From: Chthoniobacteraceae bacterium | GTDB taxonomy: Bacteria > Verrucomicrobiota > Verrucomicrobiia > Chthoniobacterales > Chthoniobacteraceae | Length of the DNA: 64,000 bases | Reading direction: 5' to 3' | NCBI GenBank assembly: GCA_037190965.1 | Contig: JBBCKI010000010.1 | Coordinates: 32,001 to 96,000 of the forward strand | In this document: one piece after another, positions 30,322-40,503 of the stretch | Position numbering within the stretch: the first letter of the stretch is position 1 | Layout: the number at the start of each line of letters is the position of its first letter | Program-made: the position numbers and the translations under genes | Notes under the pieces: model-generated | The model's database searches: none | Told to the model about the DNA's origin: nothing | The model's input: only the letters and a program-made list of their open reading frames with translations

Positions 30322-31203
30322 ATGCAGGACGCCAACCGCATCCTATCCAAAATCCGCCGCCTGGAGCTCAAGACCCGGGGACTGGTTGACGCCGCGTTTG
30401 CGGGCCAGTACCGGAGCGTTTTCAAAGGGCGCGGCATGAACTTCGAGGAGGTCCGCGAGTACCAGCCGGGCGACGAGGTGCGTACCATCGACTGGAACGT
30501 CACCGCGCGGCTGGGGCACCCTTTCATCAAGAAGTTCACCGAAGAGCGGGAATTGACCGTCATGCTGGTGGTCGATGTCAGCGCCTCCGGGAGCTTTGGG
30601 AGCGTCGATCTCTCCAAGCGCGAACTGGCGGCGGAGGTTGCATGCGTCATCGCCTTCAGCGCCATTCGAAACAACGACAAAGTCGGCCTCATTCTTTTTT
30701 CCGATCACGTGGAACTCTTCATCCCGCCCAAGAAGGGGCGGCTGCATACGCTGCGGCTCATGCGCGAGATTCTCTTCTTCGAGCCCACGGGGCGCGGCAC
30801 CGTTCCCGCCGAGGCGCTCCGCTATCTCAACCGCGTGCTCACCCGGCGCTCGGTGGTGTTCCTCATTTCGGACTTCATGGCCGAGGGCTTCGAACGTGAA
30901 CTCGGGATCACCGCCCGGCGGCACGATCTCATCGCCATGCCGGTGCTCGATCCGCACGAAGAGGCGCTCCCGGATGCCGGGATCGTTACCTTTGAGGACG
31001 CCGAGACGGGTGACCAGATCGAGGTCGATACCGGCGACCCCTCCGTGCGCGCCGCTTACGCGCATCTGGCGCAGCGGCGTCGGCAGGAGCTCGATCTCCG
31101 CTTTCGGCGGGACCGGATCGACTCCGTGCCGATCCAGACTCACCGCGACTATCTCCCGGCGTTGCGGACGTTTTTCCGTAATCGCGAAAGGAGGGCTCGA
31201 TGA
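30322..31203 (+). CDS. DUF58 family protein
   Basis: FEEVREYQPGDEVRTIDWNVTAR, VVDVSAS, ISDF; GGAGG RBS before ATG 30322. Confidence 0.93.
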   Translation: MQDANRILSKIRRLELKTRGLVDAAFAGQYRSVFKGRGMNFEEVREYQPGDEVRTIDWNVTARLGHPFIKKFTEERELTVMLVVDVSASGSFGSVDLSKRELAAEVACVIAFSAIRNNDKVGLILFSDHVELFIPPKKGRLHTLRLMREILFFEPTGRGTVPAEALRYLNRVLTRRSVVFLISDFMAEGFERELGITARRHDLIAMPVLDPHEEALPDAGIVTFEDAETGDQIEVDTGDPSVRAAYAHLAQRRRQELDLRFRRDRIDSVPIQTHRDYLPALRTFFRNRERRAR

Positions 31204-31736
31204 TTCGCCTTCTCGCGCAAATCGGGCTTCCGGAGCCCGCTCCAGATGTGCCGGATATTCGTCCCCTCGCGCCTCCCGTGCCGGTGTTGCCGTACCCGAT
31301 GTGGATGATTGTGGCGGCAGCCGTCGGCGCGGCGCTTCTGCTGGCGCTGCTGGTCTGGGGGCTCGTGCGTTATCTTCGCAGCCGTCCCGCGCCGCCGCCG
31401 CCCACCCCTCGCCAGAAGGCGCTCGCGGGTCTGGAGGCATTGCGGGGTGGTGTTACCGCGACGGAGCCCTACCCCTTCAGCATCGAAGTCTCCAATGTCC
31501 TGCGGACTTTCGTCACGGGGGAATTTCGTGTCAGCGCGACCGCGCAGACTTCCCCTGAATTCCTCGCGGCTGTCGCGAACAGCCCCAGCTTCTCCGAGGC
31601 CGACAAGGAACTCCTTGCCGCGTTTCTGGAGAGGGCTGACCTGATCAAGTTTGCCCGGGTCCACGCCACGGCGGCGGATAGCGAGCATCTGCTGGAGCAG
31701 GCGTTCCGGTTCGTGAAGGGGGGCGTCCAGGCATGA
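31200..31736 (+). CDS. Bat-operon single-TM protein (DUF4381-like)
   Basis: DIRP, TM helix, QTSPEFL, DLIKFA; position between DUF58 and batA. Confidence 0.8.
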   Translation: MIRLLAQIGLPEPAPDVPDIRPLAPPVPVLPYPMWMIVAAAVGAALLLALLVWGLVRYLRSRPAPPPPTPRQKALAGLEALRGGVTATEPYPFSIEVSNVLRTFVTGEFRVSATAQTSPEFLAAVANSPSFSEADKELLAAFLERADLIKFARVHATAADSEHLLEQAFRFVKGGVQA

Positions 31737-32755
31737 ACCCTTTCGCCGATTTCGGGATCTCCTTCGCCAATCCGTGGTTGCTTCTCCTGCTGCTGGTGAT
31801 TCCCGTGCTGGCGTGGCTGCGCGGGCAGCGGGGGGCCGCGCCGACGGTGGTTTTTTCCTCCACGACGCAACTCCGCGCTCTTGGGAAACGGGTGACCAGC
31901 CGGGCGGGAAACTTTCTGACCGGTCTGACTTACCTGGCCCTTGCCTCGCTGATCATCGCCCTCGCGCGGCCGCAGAAGGGGAAGACGCTGACGCATGTCG
32001 AAGCCAGCGGCATCGACATCATGCTCGTGCTCGACGTTTCGCGGTCGATGTTGGCCGAGGACTTCACCATTGGCGGGCGAAGGGCCAACCGCCTCAATGT
32101 GGTCAAGCAGGTAACCGAAAAATTCATCGAGCAACGCCCCAATGACCGGATCGGCATCGTCGCCTTTGCCGGGCGGCCTTACCTGGTCAGCCCATTGACG
32201 CTCGACCATGACTGGCTGTTGCAGAACATGGACCGGGTGCAGATCGGACTGGTGGAGGATGGTACTGCGATCGGCTCCGCCATTGCCTCGGCCGCCAACC
32301 GGCTTCGGGGGGATCGCACCGCCAAGAGCCGCGTCATCATCCTCCTGACCGATGGCGACAACAACGCGGGCAAGATTTCTCCCTCCACCGCCGCGGAGGC
32401 AGCGCGTTCCCTGGGCCTCAAGATTTATGCCATCGGCGCGGGGACGGAAGGCGATGCCCCATTCCCCATGCAGGATATGTTTGGGCGGACCGTTTATCAA
32501 AGGGTTCGATTTCCGCTCGATGTCGCCACCCTCAAACAGGTGGCGGAGATTGGCAATGGCGAGTTCTACCGCGCCACCGACACGCAATCGCTGGAGGCCA
32601 TTTACGGGCAGATCGACAAACTGGAAAAAAGCACGTTTGAACTCAAAAAATTCAGCCAGTATCGCGATCTCTTCCCCTGGTTTGCCGGGGTGGGAGGCGG
32701 CCTGTTGCTGCTTCAGATGATTCTTTCGCAAACGATTTGGAGGAGGGTGCCCTGA
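31733..32755 (+). CDS. batA: BatA-like vWA domain protein
   Basis: FANPW, ALARPQ, MIDAS DVSRSM, GTAIG, LLTDGDNNAG. Confidence 0.9.
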   Translation: MNPFADFGISFANPWLLLLLLVIPVLAWLRGQRGAAPTVVFSSTTQLRALGKRVTSRAGNFLTGLTYLALASLIIALARPQKGKTLTHVEASGIDIMLVLDVSRSMLAEDFTIGGRRANRLNVVKQVTEKFIEQRPNDRIGIVAFAGRPYLVSPLTLDHDWLLQNMDRVQIGLVEDGTAIGSAIASAANRLRGDRTAKSRVIILLTDGDNNAGKISPSTAAEAARSLGLKIYAIGAGTEGDAPFPMQDMFGRTVYQRVRFPLDVATLKQVAEIGNGEFYRATDTQSLEAIYGQIDKLEKSTFELKKFSQYRDLFPWFAGVGGGLLLLQMILSQTIWRRVP

Positions 32756-35013
32756 TGAACGAGTTGAACGAGTTTACTCTGGGCAAGACCCTTATCTGGG
32801 GAGAGCCGCTCTGGTTCTGGGGCTTGTTGATTCTGCCGCTCGCCTTGGGGCTGTTTGTCTGGGCGGAACGCCGCCGCTCGCTGAGCCTGCAACGCCTCGT
32901 GGCCGCCCGGCTGCAATCCACCCTTGCGGGGAGCGTGAGCGGTGTGAAACGGCGGGTCCAGTTCGTGCTGATGCTCGCTGCGCTGGGGTGTTTCATCATC
33001 ACGTTGGCCGCACCGCGCTACGGCTACACCTTTGAGGAAGCCAAGCGGAAGGGGCGCGATGTGGTGATCGCCATCGACACCTCCCGCTCCATGCTGGCCA
33101 CCGATGTCGTTCCAAGCCGCCTTGCAAGGGCGAAACTGGCCGCGCAGGATCTCATCAATACCCTTGGAGGCGATCGCGTCGGGTTGGTGGCGTTCGCCGG
33201 GTCGGCCTTTCTTCAGGCTCCTCTGACCGTCGATTACAATGCGGTGCTCTCCTCGCTCAACGAACTCGACACCGACATCATTCCCCGGGGCGGCACGAAT
33301 CTCGCGGAGGCTATCGCCGTCGCGTCGAAGGCGTTTGGCAAAGGAGAGGGGGAGAGTCGCGCGCTCGTGCTCTTTACCGATGGCGAGGAACTCGACGCGG
33401 ATGTCCTCGCCACCGCCCGACAGGCCGCAGGGTCGATCCGGATTTTCACCGTGGGCGTCGGCTCGGGAGATGGCTCGCTCATCCCGGTCCCGGGGGAAAA
33501 TGGGGGCACGGAGTTTGTCAAAGACCCCCAGGGGAATTTCGTCAAATCGCGCCTGGATGAAAGCAAGCTCAAGGAAATCGCCGAATTAACGGGCGGTTTT
33601 TATGTCCATTTGCAGAATGCTCCCGCCGAGATGCGGCGCATTGTGGACGACGGCCTGAACGTCATGAAGGAATCGGAGACCGATGCCCGGATGTCGCGCA
33701 AGCCGATCGAGCGGTTCCAATGGCCGCTGGGGGCGGGGCTCGCGTTGCTGGTTGCTTCCATGCTCATCAACGACCGGCGGAGCGTGGCGAATGGGGGATC
33801 CCGTAAAACCGGAAAAGGCGCGCCGGGTGCGGCGGTGGCTGGAGCATTCATCCTTGCCGCTTCGCTTGCGGCGACCGCGAGAACGGAGGCGGCGGATGGG
33901 AATGAGCTTTTTGCGCAAAAGAGATACGAGGAAGCGGGCAAGGCGTTTGAGGAGGCCCAGAAAAGACAGCCGAATCTTCCTGCGCTTCATTACAACAAGG
34001 CTGCTGCCGATTACGCCCAAGGCAAATACGACGAGGCGGTGGATGGATTTTCCCGCGCGCTCGCGGCAACCAATAGGGAGCTTCGCTCTAAAGCGGAGTA
34101 TAACCTCGGGACTACGCTGCTCCAGCGTGCGCTTCGGCGTGATGGAAAAGAACGCGATGCTGACTTGAAAAACGCTATTCAGCACCTTGAAGAGGCAGCC
34201 AAATTAGATCCAAAAATTGCCGAAGTTGCTGCTGCCAATAAGGAAATCGCCAAGAAAAAATTGGAAGAACCAAAGCCTCCAAAGCAGAAAAAGGACGACA
34301 GTAAGAAGGATAAAGAAGACAAGAATAAGAACGACCAGTCGAAGAACGACCAGTCCAAGGACGATCAGTCGAAGAACGACCAGTCGAAGAACGATCAGTC
34401 CAAGGACGATCAGTCGAAGGACGACCAGTCGAAGGACGATCAGTCGAAGAACGATCAGTCGAAGAACGATCAGTCGAAGAACGATCAGTCGAAGGACGAT
34501 CAGTCGAAGGACGATCAGTCGAAGGACGATCAGTCGAAGGACGACCAGTCGAAGAACGATCAGTCGAAGGACGATCAGTCGAAGGACGACCAGTCGAAGA
34601 ACGATCAGTCGAAGGACGATCAGTCGAAGAACGATCAATCAAAGGACGACCGGTCGAAGGACGATCAGTCGAAGGACGATCAGTCGAAGGATCAACCCGG
34701 CAAGCCTGAGCCTTCGCCGACGCCGAAACCGGGCGATGGGTCCGACAACAAGCCGGATAGCTCTAATCGCAATCAACCGCCTGCCGGTGCGCCCACCCCA
34801 GCCCCTGATGAGCAAAAACCATCGGGAGACATCAAGGCTCAGGAATCGAATGCGCCTGCGGGAGATGCCGCAGCCGCTGCCGAAGAGCCTGCCAATCCGA
34901 ACGAGATGTCCGAGAATCAGGCGAGGGCTTTGCTTGACTCTCTCAAGGGTGAGGACGATCAACCTTCCAGGAACGAACAAAGGGGCGCGGCTCCTGTCTT
35001 AAAAAATTGGTAA
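32755..35013 (+). CDS. batB: BatB/BatC-like fusion: vWA, TM, TPR, tandem-repeat linker, C-terminal xxKNW
   Basis: DTSRSM, FAGSAFLQAPLTVD, FTDGE, YNKA/YNLG TPR motifs, ARALLDSL...KNW. Confidence 0.85.
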   Translation: MNELNEFTLGKTLIWGEPLWFWGLLILPLALGLFVWAERRRSLSLQRLVAARLQSTLAGSVSGVKRRVQFVLMLAALGCFIITLAAPRYGYTFEEAKRKGRDVVIAIDTSRSMLATDVVPSRLARAKLAAQDLINTLGGDRVGLVAFAGSAFLQAPLTVDYNAVLSSLNELDTDIIPRGGTNLAEAIAVASKAFGKGEGESRALVLFTDGEELDADVLATARQAAGSIRIFTVGVGSGDGSLIPVPGENGGTEFVKDPQGNFVKSRLDESKLKEIAELTGGFYVHLQNAPAEMRRIVDDGLNVMKESETDARMSRKPIERFQWPLGAGLALLVASMLINDRRSVANGGSRKTGKGAPGAAVAGAFILAASLAATARTEAADGNELFAQKRYEEAGKAFEEAQKRQPNLPALHYNKAAADYAQGKYDEAVDGFSRALAATNRELRSKAEYNLGTTLLQRALRRDGKERDADLKNAIQHLEEAAKLDPKIAEVAAANKEIAKKKLEEPKPPKQKKDDSKKDKEDKNKNDQSKNDQSKDDQSKNDQSKNDQSKDDQSKDDQSKDDQSKNDQSKNDQSKNDQSKDDQSKDDQSKDDQSKDDQSKNDQSKDDQSKDDQSKNDQSKDDQSKNDQSKDDRSKDDQSKDDQSKDQPGKPEPSPTPKPGDGSDNKPDSSNRNQPPAGAPTPAPDEQKPSGDIKAQESNAPAGDAAAAAEEPANPNEMSENQARALLDSLKGEDDQPSRNEQRGAAPVLKNW
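34330..34689 (+). repeat. In-frame 15-bp tandem repeat, 24 units, encoding (N/D)DQSK
   Basis: (A/G)ACGA(T/C)CAGTCGAAG repeated 24 times; one unit reads DDRSK. Confidence 0.97.
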
Positions 35014-36848
35014 TGGAAACCCGAATTTACAGCATCCGATGGTTCGCGGCGCTACTGCTGACTCTGATCGTTTTGGGCCAGCCTGCTTTCGCGAAGGAAG
35101 TCTCCGCTTCGGCGTCGCTCTCTTATGAAGAGACGGCCGTGGGGGAGGCGGTGGAGTTGACGGTAACGGTGGAGGGCTCCCGCAACAGCAGCTCGCCGGA
35201 AATTGCCGTGGACGGGTTGCAGATTCAATACGTGGGGCCACAGACCCGGATTGAAATGAACAATTTCGATGTCAGTTCCAGTATTACCCACACCTATGCC
35301 GTGATTCCCCAGCGGGAGGGAACCTTCACCATTCCGGCGCTGAAGATCGATGTTGGCGGAAGAAAGCTCTCCACGCAGCCGCTCAAGCTGGTGGTGAAGG
35401 GTGGCGGTGCCACGAATGTTCCGGGCTCCGAGGACTCCGGCGAGGCCTCAGATAGCCGCATGGCCTTTGCGGAGTGGGTTGTTCCCAAGACCACCGCGTA
35501 TATCGGCGAAACGGTTCCGGCAGAACTTCGGCTTTACGTGGCGTCGCAGGTCCAGATGAGTTTGCAACATCACCCCATCGTGAGCGGCGATGGGTTCACG
35601 GTTCAGCCGATGCCGAAGAACCCGAAGATCACTCGGATCATCCGCAATGGCCGCTCGTACGAAATGGTCATTTTCAAGACGGCGCTCACCGCCGTGAAAG
35701 CCGGGCATTTGAAGCTGGAGCCGACCGAGATCAATGCCGTGGCGCAGATGCAGCGCCGCCGCGCCCAGCGCCCCCGAGGGTTTCCCGATGTCTTCAATGA
35801 CCCGTTTTTTGACAATGCTTTCGGAACCGTCTCGCAGCCGGTGATCATCAAGGCCGACGCGCTGGAGATGGAGATCAAGCCGCTTCCTGTCGCCGGTCGG
35901 CCAAAAGGGTTTTCGGGAGCCATCGGGCAGTTCACTTTCGAAACGCAAGCGAGTCCGCTTCAAGTGAAAGCGGGCGATCCGGTGACGGTGACGGCAACGG
36001 TGTCGGGGGTCGGCAGTTTCGACCGGATGGGGCCGCCCGTGGCCGAGGAGACGGCGGGCTGGAGGGCTTATCCGCCAAGTTCGAAGTTCAAGAGCGAGGA
36101 TGACATTGGGATCTCGGGCTCGAAAACGTTCGAGTTCGCGATGATTGCCGACCGTCCGCAGACCGCGCTTCCGAAGATCGAGTTTTCGTTCTTCGACCCC
36201 GCCAAGGAGCAGTACGTCACGCTGACGGGCGATCCGGCTGCCGTCGTCGTGGAGGGAGCCGCCGCTCCGTCTCCGACGCCCAGTGTGGCCGCTACGTCCA
36301 CCACCGCGCCGGCAGCGAAACAAGAAGAGGCGGCCAGGGCGAATGACATTCTGTTCATCCGCTCGGACGCGGGCTCCTGGGGAGCTTCGTTCGCGCCGGT
36401 GTGGCGCACCCCGGTGTTCTGGTTTGGCCAGTTGATCCCGCTGGCGGCGTTATTGTTTGGGGCGGGATGGAGCTGGCGCTCCGCGCGTCTCGGCGATGTC
36501 CGCGCCCGGCAAGTGGCGGTGCTTCGCCAGGAAAAAGCGGCGGCGGTTCGTCTACTTCGTCAGCCCGACACTGCGCCGGACCGCTTTTATGCCGCCGCGG
36601 TGCGAGCCCTGCAACTTGAAGCGGCGCTTCGCGATGCCTCGCTCATTCCGGAGACGCTCGATGCGGAAACGCTCTGCGCCTCCCGTTCGCTGGATGCGGA
36701 GACCGCGCGGGAGATCCGCGCCCTCTTTGCGGCTCATGATGAACTGCATTACGCGGGAGCCGGAGCTTCTTCGGGGGAAGGGGTTCCCGCCGAACGTCGG
36801 AGCCACGTATTGCGAACCTTGGAACAGTTTGAGAAAAGTCATGCGTAA
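35013..36848 (+). CDS. batD: BatD-like protein
   Basis: Signal peptide, Ig-like repeats (GTFTIP, FSGAIGQF, FSFFDP), TM helix near the C-terminus. Confidence 0.88.
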   Translation: METRIYSIRWFAALLLTLIVLGQPAFAKEVSASASLSYEETAVGEAVELTVTVEGSRNSSSPEIAVDGLQIQYVGPQTRIEMNNFDVSSSITHTYAVIPQREGTFTIPALKIDVGGRKLSTQPLKLVVKGGGATNVPGSEDSGEASDSRMAFAEWVVPKTTAYIGETVPAELRLYVASQVQMSLQHHPIVSGDGFTVQPMPKNPKITRIIRNGRSYEMVIFKTALTAVKAGHLKLEPTEINAVAQMQRRRAQRPRGFPDVFNDPFFDNAFGTVSQPVIIKADALEMEIKPLPVAGRPKGFSGAIGQFTFETQASPLQVKAGDPVTVTATVSGVGSFDRMGPPVAEETAGWRAYPPSSKFKSEDDIGISGSKTFEFAMIADRPQTALPKIEFSFFDPAKEQYVTLTGDPAAVVVEGAAAPSPTPSVAATSTTAPAAKQEEAARANDILFIRSDAGSWGASFAPVWRTPVFWFGQLIPLAALLFGAGWSWRSARLGDVRARQVAVLRQEKAAAVRLLRQPDTAPDRFYAAAVRALQLEAALRDASLIPETLDAETLCASRSLDAETAREIRALFAAHDELHYAGAGASSGEGVPAERRSHVLRTLEQFEKSHA

Positions 36849-37605
36849 TCTTTTTTTCGCGCGAGTTGCACTGTTTTGCCTGTTGGCGTTGTTTCACACT
36901 GTCGGCCCTGTGCATGCACAGGCAGGCTCCATTCCTAACGGGTTCGAGACTGCCAACCAGGCTTATAGCCAGGGTGATTTCAAGGCTGCCCGCGAGGGCT
37001 ATGTAGCTCTGATAAAGTCCGGACAGCGGAACGCCAATCTTTTCTACAATCTTGGCAACGCGGATTACCGCCTCGGTGACAAGGGCGCGGCGATTCTCGC
37101 CTACGAGCGCGCTCTGGCGCTGGATCCGTCGCACCCCGAGGCTCGGGCCAATCTGCAATTGCTCAGGAGCGAGACCGGGGCCAAGGTCGCCGAGCCTCTT
37201 TGGTGGCAGCGCGCGCTGGTCTGGCCTCAGGCCGTCACCCGGCAGAATGCAACCTGGATCGCCGCCGCCGGCTTTTGGGTGATCTGTTTCAGCGTCATTC
37301 CGGTGTTCGGGAAACGGCGTGGTATCGCCTGGATTCCCGCGGTGCTGGGGTTGGTGGCGCTCGCATGGGCAGGCGGCGCGGTGGCTTGGGAGGCCTCGCG
37401 GGGAGCCGCGTGGATCGTGACCGCAAAAGAGGGGCGTGCGCGCACCGCCCCGGCTGATACCTCCAAGTCGGTTGGGGTGCTTCCCACGGGCAGCGTGGTG
37501 CGTCTCATTCTGGAGCGCGGAGATTGGCTTTACGTCTTGCTTCCCGACGATTCGCGGGGGTGGTTCGCGCGGGGGGAGTTGGAGCCGGTTGCTCCTGGGG
37601 TTTAA
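36841..37605 (+). CDS. batE: BatE-like TPR-TM-SH3 protein
   Basis: YNLGNADYRLGDKGAAILAYERAL; C-terminal GDWLYV...GW; start placed at ATG 36841. Confidence 0.88.
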   Translation: MRNLFFARVALFCLLALFHTVGPVHAQAGSIPNGFETANQAYSQGDFKAAREGYVALIKSGQRNANLFYNLGNADYRLGDKGAAILAYERALALDPSHPEARANLQLLRSETGAKVAEPLWWQRALVWPQAVTRQNATWIAAAGFWVICFSVIPVFGKRRGIAWIPAVLGLVALAWAGGAVAWEASRGAAWIVTAKEGRARTAPADTSKSVGVLPTGSVVRLILERGDWLYVLLPDDSRGWFARGELEPVAPGV

Positions 37606-37619
37606 CGAAAAGAAGAAAA

Positions 37620-37780
37620 TGGTGCGGCAGCACCGGTAGCCCGCTCGCGCCGTCGAGCGCGGGTATTGGCTTGCGTGGCTTTATGAGGGCTGCGTCCCAA
37701 TGCCGGCAGGCCGTCCTGCGGGGATGGACGCCAAATGCGGCTCTTCATCGATCCCGCGCTGGCGGCGCGAGCGGGCTACC
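37620..37780 (-). repeat. REPIN-like REP doublet, copy F
   Basis: TGGTGCGGCAGCACCGGTAGCCCGCTCGCGCCGTCGAGCGCGGG ... GCGAGCGGGCTACC. Confidence 0.9.
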
Positions 37781-37833
37781 CACTGAAATTTCGGGCCGTT
37801 GCAATCTTGCTGATGCCGCTATAAACTCCTGCT

Positions 37834-38787
37834 GTGAGAATCCCGGCAAAGCTTGTTGCGGTCGGCCTTTCCATTTTGGCGCATGCGGTGGCATTCGGCC
37901 AGGCCGGGAACGATTGGCGAAAAGATCTGACGCCGCTTGCATCCGGAAGCCTCGCACCGATGCCCGAAGGGGAGGCGCAGTATCGTTTTGGCTGGTCGGG
38001 TGTGACGGCTGCCCGGACGACGCTCAAGTTCTCGCAGCCGGTTCCCGGGATCTCGCGGCTTGATGTGTCCGCCAGCACGATAGGCTCGGCGCGGGTGCTC
38101 TGGCGGCTGGATGCCACGGCTCTTCTCATGAGCGACCTGACTGCTTCCCGGCCTTTGCGGGTGCGACAGTTGGAGCGTTACCGGGGGCGCACCGTCGTTT
38201 CTGCGCTGGAGTTTGACCCCGAGAAAGTTTTCTACACCAAAGCCCGGATGCGTCGCGCCTCGGCCACCGCCCCGTCGGGCCTTTTTTCGGGCGCTCCGGC
38301 GGATCGGGATGCCCTTCATGAGCTGACCGGCGGGAAAGCGAAGCGGTTCAAGTTTCCGGAGATTCTCGACCTTCAGTCGGCCCTGCTTTTTGTGCGCAGC
38401 CAGCCGCTGAAAGCGGGCGACGTGCTCAAGTTCATGGTGTTTCAGGACAACTCCGCGTATCTCGCGGTGGTGCGGGTTGCCAAGCGGGAGACGGTCAAGG
38501 TTCCCGCCGGGAGCTACCCCGCGATCAAGCTCGACCTCAGCCTGAACTGGGTAGATGACAAGCTAGTCCTTCAGCCGCACAAGAATTTCAAGCGCGCGAG
38601 CGGATGGATCTCCGACGATCCCAACCGCCTGCTTTTGAAAGTGGAGTCCGAAGTGTTTATCGGCAGCGTCTGGGGGGAACTTGTTCGGTTTGCCCCTCGT
38701 GCATCCCGTGGGGGTGTGGCGGGGGAAACACCTCCGGTTGATCCGGTTGGAGCCGTTGCCGAGCGCGGACAATTTCCGCTCCCATAG
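37834..38787 (+). CDS. DUF3108-like exported protein
   Basis: YRFGW, DLQSALLFVR, ETVKVPAGSYPA, WISDD..RL...E...FIG. Confidence 0.75.
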   Translation: MRIPAKLVAVGLSILAHAVAFGQAGNDWRKDLTPLASGSLAPMPEGEAQYRFGWSGVTAARTTLKFSQPVPGISRLDVSASTIGSARVLWRLDATALLMSDLTASRPLRVRQLERYRGRTVVSALEFDPEKVFYTKARMRRASATAPSGLFSGAPADRDALHELTGGKAKRFKFPEILDLQSALLFVRSQPLKAGDVLKFMVFQDNSAYLAVVRVAKRETVKVPAGSYPAIKLDLSLNWVDDKLVLQPHKNFKRASGWISDDPNRLLLKVESEVFIGSVWGELVRFAPRASRGGVAGETPPVDPVGAVAERGQFPLP

Positions 38788-39058
38788 CGCTCCGGCGAGC
38801 GCCGTCGTGTTCGGGTTCAAAAGCTGAAAGATCGGGGAGTTCCCCCGATACCGCTCTGTTTCGTTTTCGTGTTTACTTGCATCCATCAGCCCCGGCCATG
38901 GACGGGCACCGTTGCAAGGATCGCAGCGGAGGGGCTGTTTCGCACCTCGGTGCGGAGTGGGCGGAGAAAACAGGCAGGGATCGCAGGTTTTTCTCCGTCT
39001 ACTCCACGCGGTTTGCAGAGCTTGCACGAAGTCGCGTGACCACGCTATAACGCGGGCG

Positions 39059-39790
39059 ATGCCCGCAAAAAAGCACCGTATCCGGCTCGACGCTCTGGAC
39101 CACAAATGCCTCAAGGAGGAGGATTATAAGCGTGAGTTGAAGAAGGAGGAGCTTAGGCTGTTGAATCTCCAGCTCAGGTTGGCAGAGAGAAAGTCCAACG
39201 TGATCGTCGTTTTCGAGGGCCCTGACGCCGCGGGGAAGGGGGGCGCGATCAAGCGATTGGGCGAGCGGCTCGATCCCCGGTTGGTCCGGGTCTACTCCAT
39301 CGTGAAGCCGACCATCGAGGAGTATCAGCACCATTACCTGTGGCGCTTCTGGAACAAACTCCCGCCGTACGGGCAGATGGCGGTTTTCGATCGCTCCTGG
39401 TACGGGCGCGTGCTCGTGGAGCGGGTGGAGAAGTTCGCGACTCCGGCCGAGTGGAAGAGAGCCTATCAGGAGATCAATGATTTCGAGAAGGCGTTGACCG
39501 ACGATGGTTCTGTCATCATCAAGTTTTACCTGCATATCACCAAGGAGGAACAGCTTGCCCGCTTCACCCGACGGCAGGCGGACCCGTACAAACACTGGAA
39601 GATCAATGACGAAGACTGGCGCAACCGGGCGCATTGGGCCGAGAACAATGCCGCCGCCGAAGAGATGTTCGTCCGCACCTCCTGCCCCAAAGCGCCGTGG
39701 TACGTGATCGGCGCCAACTACAAATGGCATGCCCGGCTGACCGTGGTGAAAACTGTTGCCGACCGGGTGGAAAAACTTTTGAAGAAATGA
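39059..39790 (+). CDS. ppk2: Polyphosphate kinase 2 family (single domain)
   Basis: FEGPDAAGKGG, FDRSWYGRVLVERVE, KFYLHI; start placed at ATG 39059. Confidence 0.92.
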   Translation: MPAKKHRIRLDALDHKCLKEEDYKRELKKEELRLLNLQLRLAERKSNVIVVFEGPDAAGKGGAIKRLGERLDPRLVRVYSIVKPTIEEYQHHYLWRFWNKLPPYGQMAVFDRSWYGRVLVERVEKFATPAEWKRAYQEINDFEKALTDDGSVIIKFYLHITKEEQLARFTRRQADPYKHWKINDEDWRNRAHWAENNAAAEEMFVRTSCPKAPWYVIGANYKWHARLTVVKTVADRVEKLLKK

Positions 39791-40503
39791 GCCCAACCCT
39801 TCGACCGACCGGCGCGGGGCTTCTCGCTCTGTTTTCCCTTTTCTCCTTGTCGGGATGCGAGCAGGTCTACCGCCAGCGCGCCGAACAGCAGCGAGCCGCC
39901 GCGGAATCCAAGATCGCCGCCGGGGAATACCAGGCGGGGATCTCTCTTTATGAAGCCTCCCTCGATGAATCCCCCGAGAGCGCTGTGATCCATTACAAGC
40001 TGGGGCTCCTCTATGACGAGAAGCTTAGCCAGCCGATGAGCGCAGTGCATCATTTCCAGCGTTATCTGGTGTTGGCTCCCGATGGGCCCCACGTCAAGGA
40101 CGTGCAAAACATGATCAAGGAGGACCAGCTCAAACTCATCACCCGCTACGGCAACGGAGCCACCATTCCGCAGCAGGAAGCCGTTCGCCTCAAGAACGAC
40201 AACCTTGCGCTTCGCAAGCAGATCCTTGACCTGCGCGCCGAACTGGAAGCCTCTTCCAAGGCCCGCGCTCTTGCACTGAAAAATCTCGGGAAAGCAGGCA
40301 CCGCCTTTCGGCAGGAGCAGGTCCAGAAGGAACTCGTGCCGGGCGTGCAGACTTATACCGTCATGAAGGGCGACACGCTGGCCTCCATCTCGCGGAAGTT
40401 TTACAAGACACCGGGACGCTGGAAACGGATTCAGGATGCGAACTTCAATACCATGGAGGGAACCGCCAAGCTCAAGGTGGGCATGGTGCTCATGATTCCG
40501 TGA
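39787..40503 (+). CDS. Lipoprotein with TPR, coiled coil and C-terminal LysM
   Basis: Lipobox LSGC; HYKLGLLY; YTVMKGDTLASISRKFY. Confidence 0.85.
   Translation: MSPTLRPTGAGLLALFSLFSLSGCEQVYRQRAEQQRAAAESKIAAGEYQAGISLYEASLDESPESAVIHYKLGLLYDEKLSQPMSAVHHFQRYLVLAPDGPHVKDVQNMIKEDQLKLITRYGNGATIPQQEAVRLKNDNLALRKQILDLRAELEASSKARALALKNLGKAGTAFRQEQVQKELVPGVQTYTVMKGDTLASISRKFYKTPGRWKRIQDANFNTMEGTAKLKVGMVLMIP

Noticed and set aside
34330..34689. Possible CRISPR array
   Set aside because: Units are contiguous with no unique spacers, are in frame within a gene, and no cas genes are present.
34175..35002. Alternative-frame and antisense ORFs of (RLIVL)n, (STDRS)n and (RRTIS)n
   Set aside because: By-products of a stop-free 15-bp repeat. 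Only the DQSK frame is continuous with the vWA/TPR protein.
38788..39058. 270-bp gap with a TCGGGG-AGTTC-CCCCGA hairpin and the minus-strand ORF 38563-39114
   Set aside because: No recognisable RNA family or protein motif, and the ORF overlaps both flanking genes.
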